DNA from: Actinomycetota bacterium
GTDB lineage: Bacteria > Actinomycetota > Thermoleophilia > BMS3ABIN01
Reading direction: 5' to 3'
Length of the DNA: 64,000 nt
Assembly (NCBI GenBank): GCA_023489275.1
Contig: JAMDDD010000009.1
Span: forward strand, 436-64,435
In this document: piece by piece, positions 22,700-32,584 of the stretch
Layout of the letters: the number at the start of each line of letters is the position of its first letter
How positions within the stretch are numbered: the stretch's first letter is position 1
Notes under the pieces: model-generated
Database searches by the model: none
Told to the model about the DNA's origin: nothing
What the model saw: the letters and a program-made list of their open reading frames with translations, nothing else
Made by a program: the position numbers and the translations under genes

Positions 22700-23932
22700 T
22701 TGCACTGGCCCATTAAAGCAGCTACCCTTGCTTGTATGCCAAGCGGTTTCAAGGGTTTTTTTATAGCATTTTCGGTCTGGGCGGCGTTCGTCTTGGGGGC
22801 TCTTTTCGGGCTTTACTGGGGTGGGCATTATTACCGCATCGCTTCCGTTGCCGGCGTACTCCCTGAAAGCGTCCGCTCTTTTTTCTTTCCCGGAAGCAAC
22901 CTGGTGCAGCTGGGATCCCAGATAGAGGGGATCCTGGATAGCGGCTATTATCAGCCAGTCCATAATTCCAGCCTGGAAAACGCCGCCATCAACGGCATGG
23001 TCGGCAGTTTGAACGACCCGTATACCGAGTATTTTACTCCTGATGAATATCAACAGTTTGAAGACCAGGCCCAGGGAACATTCGTCGGCATCGGCGTTAC
23101 CATCGAGCCGCAGGGCGGCGATCTGACGGTCGTCAGCGTCCTGGACAACTCTCCGGCTCAGCAAGCCGGCATCCAGGCCGGCGACCTCATCATCGCGATC
23201 AACGGCCAATCCTTAAGCGGCAAAACCGCCGACCAGGCGGAGGCCGCCATGAAGGGAAAAGAAGGAACCACCTTAACGTTGCACATCAAAAGGGGCCAGC
23301 AGGAATTCGACAAATCGGCCGTCCGCAAATCGCTGGCTCTGCCAATCGAATCGGACAAGATGCTTAACCATAACAGCAAGAAGATTGGCTATATCCGGCT
23401 GGATCAGTTCTCCGTCGGGGCCGGCACCAAGGTCAGGGCCGCCGACGACAAGCTGGTAAAGGAAGGAGCGCAGGGAATCATTCTCGATTTGCGGAATAAC
23501 GGTGGCGGGCTGCTGGATGAGGCGGTCAGCGTCGGCAGCGTCTTTATCAAGAGCGGCGTTATCGTCTCCGTTGCCGGGCGGGACTCCGGCAAACAAACCT
23601 ATAACGCTCAGGGCGGCGCCAACGCAACCATCCCCCTCGTCGTGCTCGTCAATGGGTACACGGCAAGCGCTTCCGAGATCGTCGCGGGCGCCATCAAAGA
23701 CGATCATCGCGGTCTTTTAATCGGTCAGAAGACATTTGGTAAAGGCGTTGTCCAGAGCCTTGACCCGCTTGGCAACGGCGGGGCTCTCAAGTTCACCTCC
23801 GGCAGCTATTACACGCCCAGCGGCGCCAATATCAACAAGATCGGCATCCAGCCTGATATCCAGGCTACCGATAACCCGAACACCCCCGCCGATGAGGTCA
23901 TCGAGCGCGGTCTGGCGGCGCTGGCTCCCTGA
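22700..23932 (+). CDS. ctpA: carboxyl-terminal processing protease (S41, PDZ-containing)
   Basis: PDZ domain (GDLIIAINGQSLSGK) and S41 catalytic region (GYTASASEIVAGAIKD...KTFGKG); N-terminal TM anchor; start may be a little downstream. Confidence 0.85.
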   Translation: MHWPIKAATLACMPSGFKGFFIAFSVWAAFVLGALFGLYWGGHYYRIASVAGVLPESVRSFFFPGSNLVQLGSQIEGILDSGYYQPVHNSSLENAAINGMVGSLNDPYTEYFTPDEYQQFEDQAQGTFVGIGVTIEPQGGDLTVVSVLDNSPAQQAGIQAGDLIIAINGQSLSGKTADQAEAAMKGKEGTTLTLHIKRGQQEFDKSAVRKSLALPIESDKMLNHNSKKIGYIRLDQFSVGAGTKVRAADDKLVKEGAQGIILDLRNNGGGLLDEAVSVGSVFIKSGVIVSVAGRDSGKQTYNAQGGANATIPLVVLVNGYTASASEIVAGAIKDDHRGLLIGQKTFGKGVVQSLDPLGNGGALKFTSGSYYTPSGANINKIGIQPDIQATDNPNTPADEVIERGLAALAP

Positions 23933-23954
23933 TTTTCTCAGGTCCGTTCCGGCG

Positions 23955-25904
23955 ATGACCCGCAAGCCCGAAAATATCGATGAATTTCCCCGGGTGGCAA
24001 CGTTAAAAAAACGGGGAAAGATTTATGAGGCGGAAGCGGCTTTCGGCAGCGAAAATAGCGTCTTTGTCGGCCGTAAGGCGCTCCATGGCGCCCGACCGGG
24101 AGATCTCGTCGTCCTCAAGCCTGCCGGGCGCGGCCGGGGAGAAGTCGTCCGCTCCCTGGGTAAGGCGTCTTCACTTGCCACCATCATGGAAGGAATCATG
24201 GCCTGGTTTCAGTTCCCGCGCGGATTTTCACCAAAGGCGCTGGATGAAGCCGCCGGCCGTGCCCGCCTGGCGGAAAAGGAGGATGCCCGGCGGCGCGATC
24301 TCACTAATCTTGCCACCGTAACCATCGATCCGGATGAGGCCCGCGATTTCGACGACGCCATCTCTCTGGAAGGATCCGCGCCGGGAAAGTTGGCCCTTTA
24401 CGTACATATAGCAGATGTCAGCTATTATGTCAGAGCCGGATCCGCTGTTGACCGGGAAGCTGCAAAAAAATCAAACAGCGTCTACCTGCCGGTGCTGGTG
24501 GAGCCGATGCTGCCCCCGGTTTATTCCAGCGATACTTGCAGCCTGCGTCCGGGCGTTCCCCGAAAAACCGTGACGGTGGAGATGGTTTTTGCCGCCGGCT
24601 GGCCGTCTGACGGCGGTGACGGAGAAGCAGGCGGCGTTTTCCCCCTGCAAGACCGTGCCGGAAAGAATAAACGTCCGGCGGACAGAAAACGCTTCCGGCC
24701 GGAAGACGGGGCGAAAGTAGAGTCCCCAGTCCTCAAGGAGGTCCGGTTTTACCGGAGCCTGATCCGGAGCCGGCGCCGGCTGACCTACAATGAGGTGGAT
24801 GATTTTTTTAATGCCGCTGGTTCAGCAGCGGCTCCGGGCGGCGCCGGCCTCACCGGCGCGGGCGCGCCGACGGAAAACGGAAATCCTGGTGGCGAGGCTT
24901 TCCCGGCGGAAATCAGGCGGCTCCTGCTGGAAGCCCAACGCCTTGCCGGCGCGCTCAGAAAGTCCCGCCATCAGCGGGGCGCTCTTAACATCAGCACATT
25001 CGAGCCGGAATTCCGGCTTTCTCCCGGCGGTGAGATCCTGAGCGCCAGACCGCGGCCCGAGTCAGAATCGCATTCACTGATCGAGGAATTTATGATCGCC
25101 GCCAACGAGGCGGTTGCCGGTTTTCTCGAGGCCCGGCAGAACGACTGCGTCTACCGCGTCCATGAAGAACCGGACGCGGCGGCGGTGGACGCCTTGTTTG
25201 ATACTCTGGAAGATCTCGAAATCCCGACCCCCCCTTTTTCACTGAAAACAGGATCGCCCGCAAAAGCGGCCGAGGCCGTCCGCGAGTTGGTCAAGTCGCT
25301 CCCGCGGCTGCTGAAGGAGCAGCAGCGCAGCCGGTCCGCTTTTGGGGAGATCGTCCTCAGATCGCTAAAACAGGCGCGCTATCTCGAAGAAAACCTCGGC
25401 CATTTCGGCCTGGCCTCTCCCGCATACCTTCACTTCACCTCACCCATCCGCCGCTACCCCGACCTGGTTGTTCACCGGGCGCTGCTTCAGGAGCTCCGCC
25501 TTGATGTAAACGCCGGGAAGGGCGCCTGCCTGAACCCCGCCGAGGTCGCGGAAAGCAGCTCGGAAGCAGAGCGGCGGGCGGCCGCGGCCGAGCATCTGGG
25601 CGACGATGTGGCCCTGGCTTTTCTGCTGGACCGCCTGTTGTTCGAGGAAGGCTGGGACAGGCAGTTTGTGGGCGAGATTATCAGCGTCATTCCCTCAGGG
25701 CTGTTCGTCCGTTTCGAGCAGATCTACGAGGGTTATCTGCCGGCCAGAAGTCTCTGGGGCGACTATTTTGCCATCAGTGAAAAGGGCGGCTCGCTCGTCG
25801 GCCGCCGGCGCGGACGCACCTGGAGGCTGGGAGATGTCATCAACGTGCGGGTTGTCCGGATTGACAAGCTCAAGGGAAAGGTAGAACTGGAGCCCGTGCG
25901 TTAG
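23955..25904 (+). CDS. rnr: ribonuclease R
   Basis: RNB catalytic motif (DPDEARDFDDAIS), C-terminal S1 domain and basic tail; ATG 23955 chosen inside the longer ORF. Confidence 0.85.
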   Translation: MTRKPENIDEFPRVATLKKRGKIYEAEAAFGSENSVFVGRKALHGARPGDLVVLKPAGRGRGEVVRSLGKASSLATIMEGIMAWFQFPRGFSPKALDEAAGRARLAEKEDARRRDLTNLATVTIDPDEARDFDDAISLEGSAPGKLALYVHIADVSYYVRAGSAVDREAAKKSNSVYLPVLVEPMLPPVYSSDTCSLRPGVPRKTVTVEMVFAAGWPSDGGDGEAGGVFPLQDRAGKNKRPADRKRFRPEDGAKVESPVLKEVRFYRSLIRSRRRLTYNEVDDFFNAAGSAAAPGGAGLTGAGAPTENGNPGGEAFPAEIRRLLLEAQRLAGALRKSRHQRGALNISTFEPEFRLSPGGEILSARPRPESESHSLIEEFMIAANEAVAGFLEARQNDCVYRVHEEPDAAAVDALFDTLEDLEIPTPPFSLKTGSPAKAAEAVRELVKSLPRLLKEQQRSRSAFGEIVLRSLKQARYLEENLGHFGLASPAYLHFTSPIRRYPDLVVHRALLQELRLDVNAGKGACLNPAEVAESSSEAERRAAAAEHLGDDVALAFLLDRLLFEEGWDRQFVGEIISVIPSGLFVRFEQIYEGYLPARSLWGDYFAISEKGGSLVGRRRGRTWRLGDVINVRVVRIDKLKGKVELEPVR

Positions 25905-25942
25905 CTGCAAAGCCGGTCAGGCGGCCCGGTCCAGCCCCCGGG

Positions 25943-26650
25943 TCAGTCCGGGCGGCATTCTTCATCGGCAAGGACGGCACCGTCGCGCATGCATACCGTG
26001 CGGTCGCAGGCAGCTGCGACTTCAGGGTTATGCGTCACCAGCACAAACGTGGTGCCTGTCGATTTGTTGATATCACGCATCATCTGCATGATCTCCCGGG
26101 AATTGATCGTGTCGAGATCGCCGGTGGGCTCATCGCCAAGGATGATGGCCGGCTCGTTCACGAGAGCCCGGGCGATCGCCACCCGCTGCTGCTGACCTCC
26201 GGACAGCTCGCTGGGATGATGGCTCAGTCGGTCGCCAAGGTCAACTCTTGTCAGGGCCCGGGCGGCGGCTGCTTTCGCCTTGCGGCGAGGCATGCCCGCG
26301 TATTCACAGGCGAGGGCGACGTTTTCCGCCGCCGTGAAAGTCGGGATCAGGTTAAATCCCTGAAAGATAAAACCAATCTGCCTGCTGCGCACGCGATTTA
26401 GCTCATGCCTCTTTAATTTGTCAACACGCCTTCCTTCCAGCCAGACCTCCCCCTGGTCAGGCGTGTCCAGACATCCCATGATGTGCATGACGGTTGACTT
26501 CCCCGAGCCGGATGGGCCCATGATCGCCAGCATCTCGCCCCGGGCGACCTCCAGGGAAGCCCCCCGGAGAGCTCGTACCAGGTTCTCCTTGCCCAGTTCA
26601 TAGGTCTTGTACAGAGCCCGGATCTGGAGAATGACGTCGCCGTCATTCAT
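25943..26650 (-). CDS. ABC transporter ATP-binding protein (MacB/LolD type)
   Basis: Walker A GPSGSGKST, signature LSGGQQQRVAIARAL, Walker B ILGDEPTGDLD. Confidence 0.85.
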   Translation of the reverse strand: MNDGDVILQIRALYKTYELGKENLVRALRGASLEVARGEMLAIMGPSGSGKSTVMHIMGCLDTPDQGEVWLEGRRVDKLKRHELNRVRSRQIGFIFQGFNLIPTFTAAENVALACEYAGMPRRKAKAAAARALTRVDLGDRLSHHPSELSGGQQQRVAIARALVNEPAIILGDEPTGDLDTINSREIMQMMRDINKSTGTTFVLVTHNPEVAAACDRTVCMRDGAVLADEECRPD

Positions 26651-27800
26651 AACGCAAGGCCTTCACAGGATTTAACCGGGCAGCGTGCCAGGAGGGATAG
26701 AGGCCGCTAAGCACGCCGAGAACGATGGCGAACGCAATCGAGCCGATTGCCAGACGCGTGGTCAACAAGAATATAACCGTTCCCGATGCTTCACCCGCCT
26801 TGTTGGCCGCGAGCACAAACAGCCAGCCCAGCGCCAGCCCGGTGATGCCGCCGACGGCGCCGATAAAGGCGGACTCACCCAGGAACTGGCGGATGATCCG
26901 GCCGTCGGAGGCGCCCAGAGATTTGCGGATGCCCACCTCGCGCGTGCGCTCGTAGACTGACATGGTCATCGTGTTGATTACCGACAGGCCGCCCACGAGC
27001 AGTGAGATCAGCGCCACTCCAAATACAATCGTGGTGAAGATGTGGGTCGAATTCGTCACCTGCTGCTGGAACTTGGCGGGGCCGATGGCGTCATATTGCG
27101 GATACTTCTTGCCGATCTCCTCCGCCAGCCGGTCGGGGTTCACCCCAGGCTTGGGATATATGGTCAAACCGGTAGCCAGCATGCCGGGTTTGATGTTTTT
27201 CTGTACCAGTTCCGGCAGATCGTTAAAAAAGATGTTCTGGGCGTCGCGGAAAGGGATGATCACGGCATCATCGGGAATCGTCAGGGTCTTTTCCAGTATT
27301 CCCACCACCTGGAAGCTGCGGCCGCGGACCTTGATGAAGCCGCCGACACGGGCGTTGAGCTTCTGTACCAGATCAGCGCCGACGACGGCCTTTCCCTGGT
27401 CATCGGGAGACAGTTCCCGTCCTTGTGAATATGTCAGCTTGAAACTCTCGAGGTTCCGCCCCCGCAAATCAGAAGCGCTGATCATCGCCGGTACGCCGAA
27501 GGAGGCGCTTTGCTCCTTGTCCAGCGGAAGGGTAATCCCGGCCGAGGCCAGCCGGACACCCGGAATCGCCTGTATCGCCGGGATCCTGTCCACGGAAATC
27601 GGATTCACGCTAAAACCGGCGGAGCCCCCCTGGCTCACGGTCACCTTATCGGCGTAGAAGCGGGTGCCACCGTTGACCAGCAGCGTAATTTTTTCCGCCA
27701 GCGATCCCATCACGACCAGCGCAAAAATGCCGATGGTGATGCCAAAAATAGTCAGAAAAGCCCTAAGTTTGCGGCGGAAAACATTTTTGACGGTCCTCAT
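26643..27800 (-). CDS. ABC transporter permease (MacB/FtsX-like, large periplasmic domain)
   Basis: N-terminal TM, ~220-aa periplasmic domain, C-terminal FtsX motif RTREVGIRKSLGAS; start placed at MRTVKNVF. Confidence 0.8.
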   Translation of the reverse strand: MRTVKNVFRRKLRAFLTIFGITIGIFALVVMGSLAEKITLLVNGGTRFYADKVTVSQGGSAGFSVNPISVDRIPAIQAIPGVRLASAGITLPLDKEQSASFGVPAMISASDLRGRNLESFKLTYSQGRELSPDDQGKAVVGADLVQKLNARVGGFIKVRGRSFQVVGILEKTLTIPDDAVIIPFRDAQNIFFNDLPELVQKNIKPGMLATGLTIYPKPGVNPDRLAEEIGKKYPQYDAIGPAKFQQQVTNSTHIFTTIVFGVALISLLVGGLSVINTMTMSVYERTREVGIRKSLGASDGRIIRQFLGESAFIGAVGGITGLALGWLFVLAANKAGEASGTVIFLLTTRLAIGSIAFAIVLGVLSGLYPSWHAARLNPVKALRYE

Positions 27801-27995
27801 GTGATCCCCTCGGAAATTCGCGCTTCTGGCAGCATAATGCCAGACGCACCGGGAGGCAAGCCACGGTTTTCGGAGCACCTGAGAACACTTTCTCAAAAAA
27901 ACGGGGCAGGAATAACAGGGCTGGGCAGGATAGAATAAAGAATGAACCGCGACCATGCCAACAGCGGGCAGCTTCTCTGCCTAACCAGATAGTAA

Positions 27996-28460
27996 ATGAC
28001 TGCTAACGACATAAAACCAATCGCGACCAATCGCAAGGCCTATCATGATTTTTTTATTGACGAGACCTGGGAGGCGGGGCTGGAGTTGTCCGGCACCGAG
28101 GTAAAGTCGCTCCGGGCCGGGCGCGCCAACCTCAAGGACAGCTATGCCGCGATCAGTGGGGAGGAAGCGTTTATTGTCGGGCTGCACATCAGCCCGTACA
28201 AGCAGGGAGGCATCTTCAACCCGGATCCGGACCGCACCAGAAAACTGCTGTTGCACAAAAGCGAGATCCGCTCCCTGATCGGCAAGACCCGGGAAAAAGG
28301 ATACACGCTTGTGCCCACAAAACTTTACTTTCGCAACCGCCGCGCCAAGATTGAGATCGGCCTCGCCAGGGGCAAGAAACTTTATGACAAGCGGCGGGCA
28401 ATGGCGGAAAAGGAGGCCCGGCGGGAGATGGAGCGAGGGCTGAAGGAGCGGCAAAAATAA
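27996..28460 (+). CDS. smpB: SsrA-binding protein
   Basis: 154 aa, conserved N-terminus ([11 protein letters not shown]...[17 protein letters not shown]) and basic C-tail; adjacent to tmRNA. Confidence 0.92.
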   Translation: MTANDIKPIATNRKAYHDFFIDETWEAGLELSGTEVKSLRAGRANLKDSYAAISGEEAFIVGLHISPYKQGGIFNPDPDRTRKLLLHKSEIRSLIGKTREKGYTLVPTKLYFRNRRAKIEIGLARGKKLYDKRRAMAEKEARREMERGLKERQK

Positions 28461-28562
28461 AGGCCGGCTTGCGATTAATTATTAACTGCCGGAACTATTA
28501 ACCGGAACTGCCGCTATTGTTAACTGCCCCGAATTATAAGTGAAAGAAGACGGAAACGGGAA

Positions 28563-28590
28563 AGGACCGCCAGCTGGCGGTCCTTTGATG
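28563..28590. terminator. bidirectional hairpin terminator between smpB and the convergent membrane-protein gene
   Basis: GGACCGCCAGCTGGCGGTCC perfect hairpin flanked by T-rich (plus) and A-rich (minus) runs. Confidence 0.55.
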
Positions 28591-28612
28591 CCACTTTAAA
28601 TGACAGCCCCTC

Positions 28613-29269
28613 TCAGGCGGCCCGGCGATATTCCTCTGGACGCACTTTTTCTTGTCCCATGGGAACCTCTTCACCACGCATCCGCATATTCATCGACGCA
28701 CCGACCAAGCCTCCGAAGACTGCCGTAAACAGACTCGCAATCGCTCCCACGAGAAACCAGCCGTTCATCGTAGAAGCGATACTGCCGGCGAGACTGAAGT
28801 CTCCGGGCGTAATAGCGGTCACGTTGGGCACGTAGGCATTAATTAGCGAGGTGGCATTGATGCCGAAGCCAAGAATGCCCGTGAAGCCCAGAATGCCCAG
28901 GGTAATGCCGGCAACGATCAAAAGCCCCCAGGTAGTCAGCCCTTGCCAGAGCCCGTTAAGGGACACCGGCGTTTTCTCCAGGGCCGCGGCCACCAGGGCG
29001 CCGAGGAACGTTGCGCCTGCCGCGCTGACAGCAACCCAGATGCCCACCGAGGTCAGAATCCCGTTCAGGCCGGTGAGCGACGCCACCGACGCGGCGCCCA
29101 CCCCCAGAAAACTGCCAAATGCGACGAACAGAAGCTCAAGCGCCAGCGCCACCAATGCGCCAGCGACAATCGCCCCGCCACTAATACGCTTCCGGAACTC
29201 CCCGACGGCACTCCGCGGCATCGATTCCTGGTACCAACTTCCCTCTTCTTGTATCCTGCTCGCTTCCAT
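28613..29269 (-). CDS. polytopic membrane protein, unknown function
   Basis: Gly/Ala-rich TM helices; start set at MEASRIQEEG. Confidence 0.4.
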   Translation of the reverse strand: MEASRIQEEGSWYQESMPRSAVGEFRKRISGGAIVAGALVALALELLFVAFGSFLGVGAASVASLTGLNGILTSVGIWVAVSAAGATFLGALVAAALEKTPVSLNGLWQGLTTWGLLIVAGITLGILGFTGILGFGINATSLINAYVPNVTAITPGDFSLAGSIASTMNGWFLVGAIASLFTAVFGGLVGASMNMRMRGEEVPMGQEKVRPEEYRRAA

Positions 29270-29578
29270 TTTGTCCTCCCTCCGTTTTCTTTTTCGTGGT
29301 CCCACAAATTTGCACCTTATAATCATTATCCTGACCAGTTTTTTAATAGTTAAACCATAATTTGGACAAATTTTGGATGAATTTAAACACGTAAAAATAC
29401 CTGCAATTCTACGTAATGATATTGCCCGGCTGCCCGAATGGTCGGGAGTTTGGTCAATCTTTTCCTGCCGCCGGAGAATTGGCGCCCCGGGGCTGGGGCG
29501 GAGTATAATACTAGTGTTAGTGCTTATTCAGAAATCCGTTGCTTGGATTAAATAGATTCAACATGCGGAGCCGTTCAT

Positions 29579-29936
29579 GGGGGCGACCTGGTTTCGACGG
29601 GGTCGATCTGGACGGGAGCAGCAAGCCGAGCTGCCGGCGGGCTCGTTAAACAGCCGGAAAACCTAAAGTAAACGCAGACAATAATCTCGCGTTAGCCGCT
29701 TAATTTAAGCGGCTCGTCGCCCCCGGTTCGTCCGTGACCGGGACCAGCGGCGTCAGATAGCGGACTACGCCACCGCGGCCGCCTCTCGCCGTAGTGCGCG
29801 AAGCCTTAGGGAGGCTGGCGAACCGGATCCGGTCTTCGCGGAGCCGGCGCGCGAGATTTAAAAGCGAAGACTAAGCTTGTAGCGGCTCCCCTTCGGGTGG
29901 CTTCGGACGCGGGTTCGATTCCCGCCGCCTCCACCA
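29579..29936 (+). ncRNA. ssrA: transfer-messenger RNA (tmRNA); predicted tag peptide ADNNLALAA (resume codon GCA at 29684, stop TAA 29701-29703)
   Basis: 5' end GGGGGCGACCTGGTTTCGACGGGG and 3' end GGACGCGGGTTCGATTCCCGCCGCCTCCACCA (tRNA-Ala-like acceptor/T-arm plus CCA); internal ORF ending LALAA-stop. Confidence 0.9.
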
Positions 29937-29949
29937 TCTTCCACACCTC

Positions 29950-30020
29950 TGAAAATGCCTTGTTTAAGGCATTTTTTGTTATCCGATATCGTAAGAAGCC
30001 GGCGGGAATCGAACTTGTCT
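29950..30020 (+). repeat. direct repeat A, copy 1 (~70 bp; second copy 35885-35955, ~88% identity); candidate island boundary/att
   Basis: CTGAAAATGCCTTGTTTAAGGCATTTTTTGTTATCCGATATCGTAAGAAGCCGGCGGGAATCGAACTT matches CTCAAAAATGTCTTGTTTAAGGCATTTCTTGTTCCCCGATATCGTAAACAGCTGGCGGGAATTGAACTT. Confidence 0.8.
29952..29982 (+). terminator. rho-independent terminator of ssrA
   Basis: AAAATGCCTTGTTTAAGGCATTTTTTGTT hairpin plus U-tract. Confidence 0.75.
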
Positions 30021-30053
30021 GGTTTTCGGAGGTCTGCCTCTTGCAAAGAAAGC

Positions 30054-30073
30054 AGTGATACTTTAGTATCACT
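30054..30073 (+). promoter_or_regulatory. perfect 9-2-9 palindrome abutting the phd start codon (candidate antitoxin operator)
   Basis: AGTGATACT-TT-AGTATCACT ends 3 nt before ATG 30076; TTGCAA -35-like hexamer upstream. Confidence 0.6.
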
Positions 30074-30075
30074 CT

Positions 30076-30333
30076 ATGCGAACCGAAATCGTTACAACTC
30101 TTAAGCGCCAAGCCACCAAGCTTCTCTCAGAACTGGAAAAGAGCAAGGAGCCCATCCTGATAACCCAACATGGGGTACCGAGCGCTTATCTGGTGGATGC
30201 CGAGACCTATGAAGCTCAACAGCGCCGGATGAGTCTTCTGGAGGGGATCGCCCGAGGGGAAAAGGCAGTCGAAGAGGGCCGCACTCTTTCTCACGCGCAA
30301 GCAAAGAAGCGCATGGCTCGATGGCTGAAATAA
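30076..30333 (+). CDS. Phd/YefM-family antitoxin
   Basis: 85 aa; ...PILITQHGVPSAYLVDAETYE... pattern typical of Phd/YefM; stop overlaps the parE start. Confidence 0.8.
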   Translation: MRTEIVTTLKRQATKLLSELEKSKEPILITQHGVPSAYLVDAETYEAQQRRMSLLEGIARGEKAVEEGRTLSHAQAKKRMARWLK

Positions 30334-30656
30334 TTTGGACTGAACCTGCGCTGGCAGATCTGGATGCCATCGCGGATTATATCGCGCTGGATAATCCGGA
30401 AGCGGCCAGGAAACTAGTCCGGAAGGTTTTTCGCCACGTGGGGCAATTGGCTGATCATCCCAAAAGCGGTTCAAAACCGCCTGAGTTGAAGGGATGGCGC
30501 TACCGGCAGATCGTTGAACCACCATGTCGGATCTTCTACCGGGAAGACGGTAGGCGTGTCTTTATTCTATATGTCATGCGAGGAGAGATGTCACTCCATC
30601 CTTCAGTTATTGATTCCCGCGACCAGACTCGAAGTGACGAAAACAATGGCCCATAA
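30321..30656 (+). CDS. ParE/RelE-family toxin
   Basis: 111 aa; ...WRYRQIVEPPCRIFYREDGRRVFILYVMRG... core. Confidence 0.75.
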   Translation: MAEIIWTEPALADLDAIADYIALDNPEAARKLVRKVFRHVGQLADHPKSGSKPPELKGWRYRQIVEPPCRIFYREDGRRVFILYVMRGEMSLHPSVIDSRDQTRSDENNGP

Positions 30657-31045
30657 GCGAAAAGGACAACTAACCCCCGCTCCCCAGTGGTGGAAGCATC
30701 TGCGTGCCTGGAAGCGCATCGCCAACAAACGCGAGCGCCGGGCAGAAAAACAAGGGATCAAGAGGGGGGCCTAAAATGGCTATCCCGGCTTTTCAGGATT
30801 TAATGTTGCCGTTACTAATATTTGCGAGCGACGGCCAAGAACATACACCGCGTGAAACAGTTGAAACACTGGCGGATGAATTCTCGCTGACCGAGGCGGA
30901 CCGGCAGGAGCTGCTGCCCAGCGGCCGGCAGGCGACTTTTGATAACCGGGTCGCTTGGGCTAAAGCTCATATGAAAATGGCGGGCCTCTTAAGCTCACCA
31001 AAGAGAGGTATTTACAGGATAACTGATCGCGGTCAGGAGGTTGTT
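30643..31045 (+). repeat. ~400-bp direct duplication (second copy 36826-37231, ~97% identity) covering the small basic ORF and the 5' third of mrr
   Basis: Near-identical nucleotide runs read in both places; divergence after ...GATCGCGGTCAGGAG. Confidence 0.85.
30646..30774 (+). CDS. small highly basic protein (42 aa), duplicated at 36829-36957
   Basis: MAHKRKGQLTPAPQWWKHLRAWKRIANKRERRAEKQGIKRGA conserved in both copies with synonymous/conservative changes only. Confidence 0.45.
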   Translation: MAHKRKGQLTPAPQWWKHLRAWKRIANKRERRAEKQGIKRGA

Positions 31046-31683
31046 AAACAAGCGCCGCAAAGAATTGATCTGAGATTTCTTAGGCAGTTTCCGGAATATA
31101 TTGAAGCCAGAACTAAAAAGAAGGGTGCCGATAATCTCTCCGATGAGTCGAGGAAAAGACGGGCAGGACTCCGGAAGAGTCAATGGAAGCCGCATATAGA
31201 CATATCAACAACGATCTTGAAAGTGAAATACTGCAGACTATTAAAAGCTGCTCACCACGTTTTTTTGAACAGCTGGTTGTCGATTTGATTGTCAGGATGG
31301 GATATGGTGGCTCCCGGCAGGATGCAGGCAAGGCTGTTGGCAAAAGCGCCGATGGTGGAATCGACGGTATCATCAAGGAAGACAAGTTAGGCTTGGATAA
31401 CGTGTATATTCAGGCCAAGAAATGGGAGAACTCTGTCAGCAGGCCTGAGATACAAAAATTTGCTGGCGCGCTACAGGGCCATCGAGCAAGAAAAGGAATA
31501 TTTATCACAACTTCTTCATTTACAAATGGCGCAAGGGAATACGTAGCCGGGATTGAAAGCAAGATAGTTCTGATAGACGGCGATGAGTTGGCGGAGCTGA
31601 TGATTGATTTCGAAGTGGGCGTTTCGACTATTGCGTCTTACAATGTGAAAAAAATTGATATGGACTATTTTACGGAAGATTAA
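30776..31683 (+). pseudogene. mrr: Mrr-family type IV restriction endonuclease, disrupted by a frameshift near 31150-31160
   Basis: N-terminal Mrr_N winged-helix (MAIPAFQDLMLPLL...) in one frame to ~31150; Mrr catalytic domain (D..GIDGI...QAKKW) continues in another frame from 31147 (..TPEESMEAAYRHI..). Confidence 0.75.
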
Positions 31684-31857
31684 CGACTTGCCTTGGCAAT
31701 CCGCTCCAGCCGGCTCAAAATACATAGCTCAGAGTTCGAATACCGTTGCACCGCCTCCATCATTTTCCAGCCTCTCAAAAATGCCGTGATAACATTATAT
31801 TATTATCCTGCAAGTAAAATTGGGAAGGAAGAAATACCCTATGGCGGTGGCAATAAG

Positions 31858-31998
31858 ATGCAAAAATGTCTACCAATTCTATTCCTCTGCGTCATCATAG
31901 GGTTTTTGGCGGCGACATTAGGAACAGTAGCATTTATTGTTATCTCAATTTTAGTTATATTCTTTATTGGCAGTTATTCAAACAGGCGGAGGAAGTGA
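31858..31998 (+). CDS. tiny hydrophobic peptide (46 aa) in AT-rich island DNA (speculative)
   Basis: MQKCLPILFLCVIIGFLAATLGTVAFIVISILVIFFIGSYSNRRRK, single TM. Confidence 0.2.
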   Translation: MQKCLPILFLCVIIGFLAATLGTVAFIVISILVIFFIGSYSNRRRK

Positions 31999-32045
31999 GA
32001 AATAATAATGGGCAGAAAAGCTGACCCAAACAATACCAGCTCTCA

Positions 32046-32146
32046 AAAATGCCGGGGTATAGGGATGTGCAGTGCGTGGACCACTTTCGACCTGTACAAC
32101 TCTAGCATCTTGTCAAGTCGAAGGGGTGTGTAATCCGCCAGGCTTC
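32046..32146 (+). repeat. inverted repeat B, copy 1 (~100 bp; inverted partner 35790-35890, ~95% identity)
   Basis: GGGTATAGGGATGTGCAGTGCGTGGACCACTTTCGACCTG...AATCCGCCAGGC present as reverse complement at 35790-35890. Confidence 0.8.
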
Positions 32147-32484
32147 AGCTAATCTCAGACCTTTATCAAGTATCTCTAGTGAGGATGATTCAGTCAGGTT
32201 TGGCGGGGTTTGGGAGGACGTGGAGTCGAAAAGGTGTGGATCACAAATCGGGAAGAAGTTAAATCACGACACCACTGCTTCAGTGCCTGCCCGAATCTTT
32301 AAGCCTCTCCATCATGGAGGAACTCAGCCTTCGTCTGCCATTAAGCACGGCCCTCAGGTTAGCGGGGGTCTCTTCGGGTGCGGAATCTTCTATAAGTAGG
32401 GATTAGGTTGATTGGTAGGCTAAGCGCATACCAATCTTGACCCCTTGGACCCGTCTTTCGACTACCAGTCTTGCCCGGCATCAG

Positions 32485-32584
32485 TACATGCTCGTGAGCT
32501 GATCCCATTATGGGCCATAGCACTTTCAAGGCTCACCTCCTGGAAAAGCATTATTACACGCTTGTGAGCTGATCCCATTATGAG
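32485..32584 (+). CRISPR. possible degenerate CRISPR relic: two 30-nt repeats (32485-32514, 32555-32584; 3 mismatches) separated by a 40-nt spacer
   Basis: TACATGCTCGTGAGCTGATCCCATTATGGG versus TACACGCTTGTGAGCTGATCCCATTATGAG; a Cas1 fragment lies 2.6 kb away; only two units, so weak. Confidence 0.3.

Noticed and set aside
28470-28540. Short TTAACTGCC / GGAACT direct repeats between smpB and the terminator
   Set aside because: The units are too short and too few (3 copies) to call a repeat family or binding-site array.
29990-30020. tRNA-like fragment (inverted GTTCGATTCCCGCCG, identical to 15 nt of the tmRNA T-arm) inside repeat A
   Set aside because: No complementary T-stem 5' strand, D-arm or anticodon arm is present, so it is not a tRNA gene. 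It is noted only as a possible att remnant.
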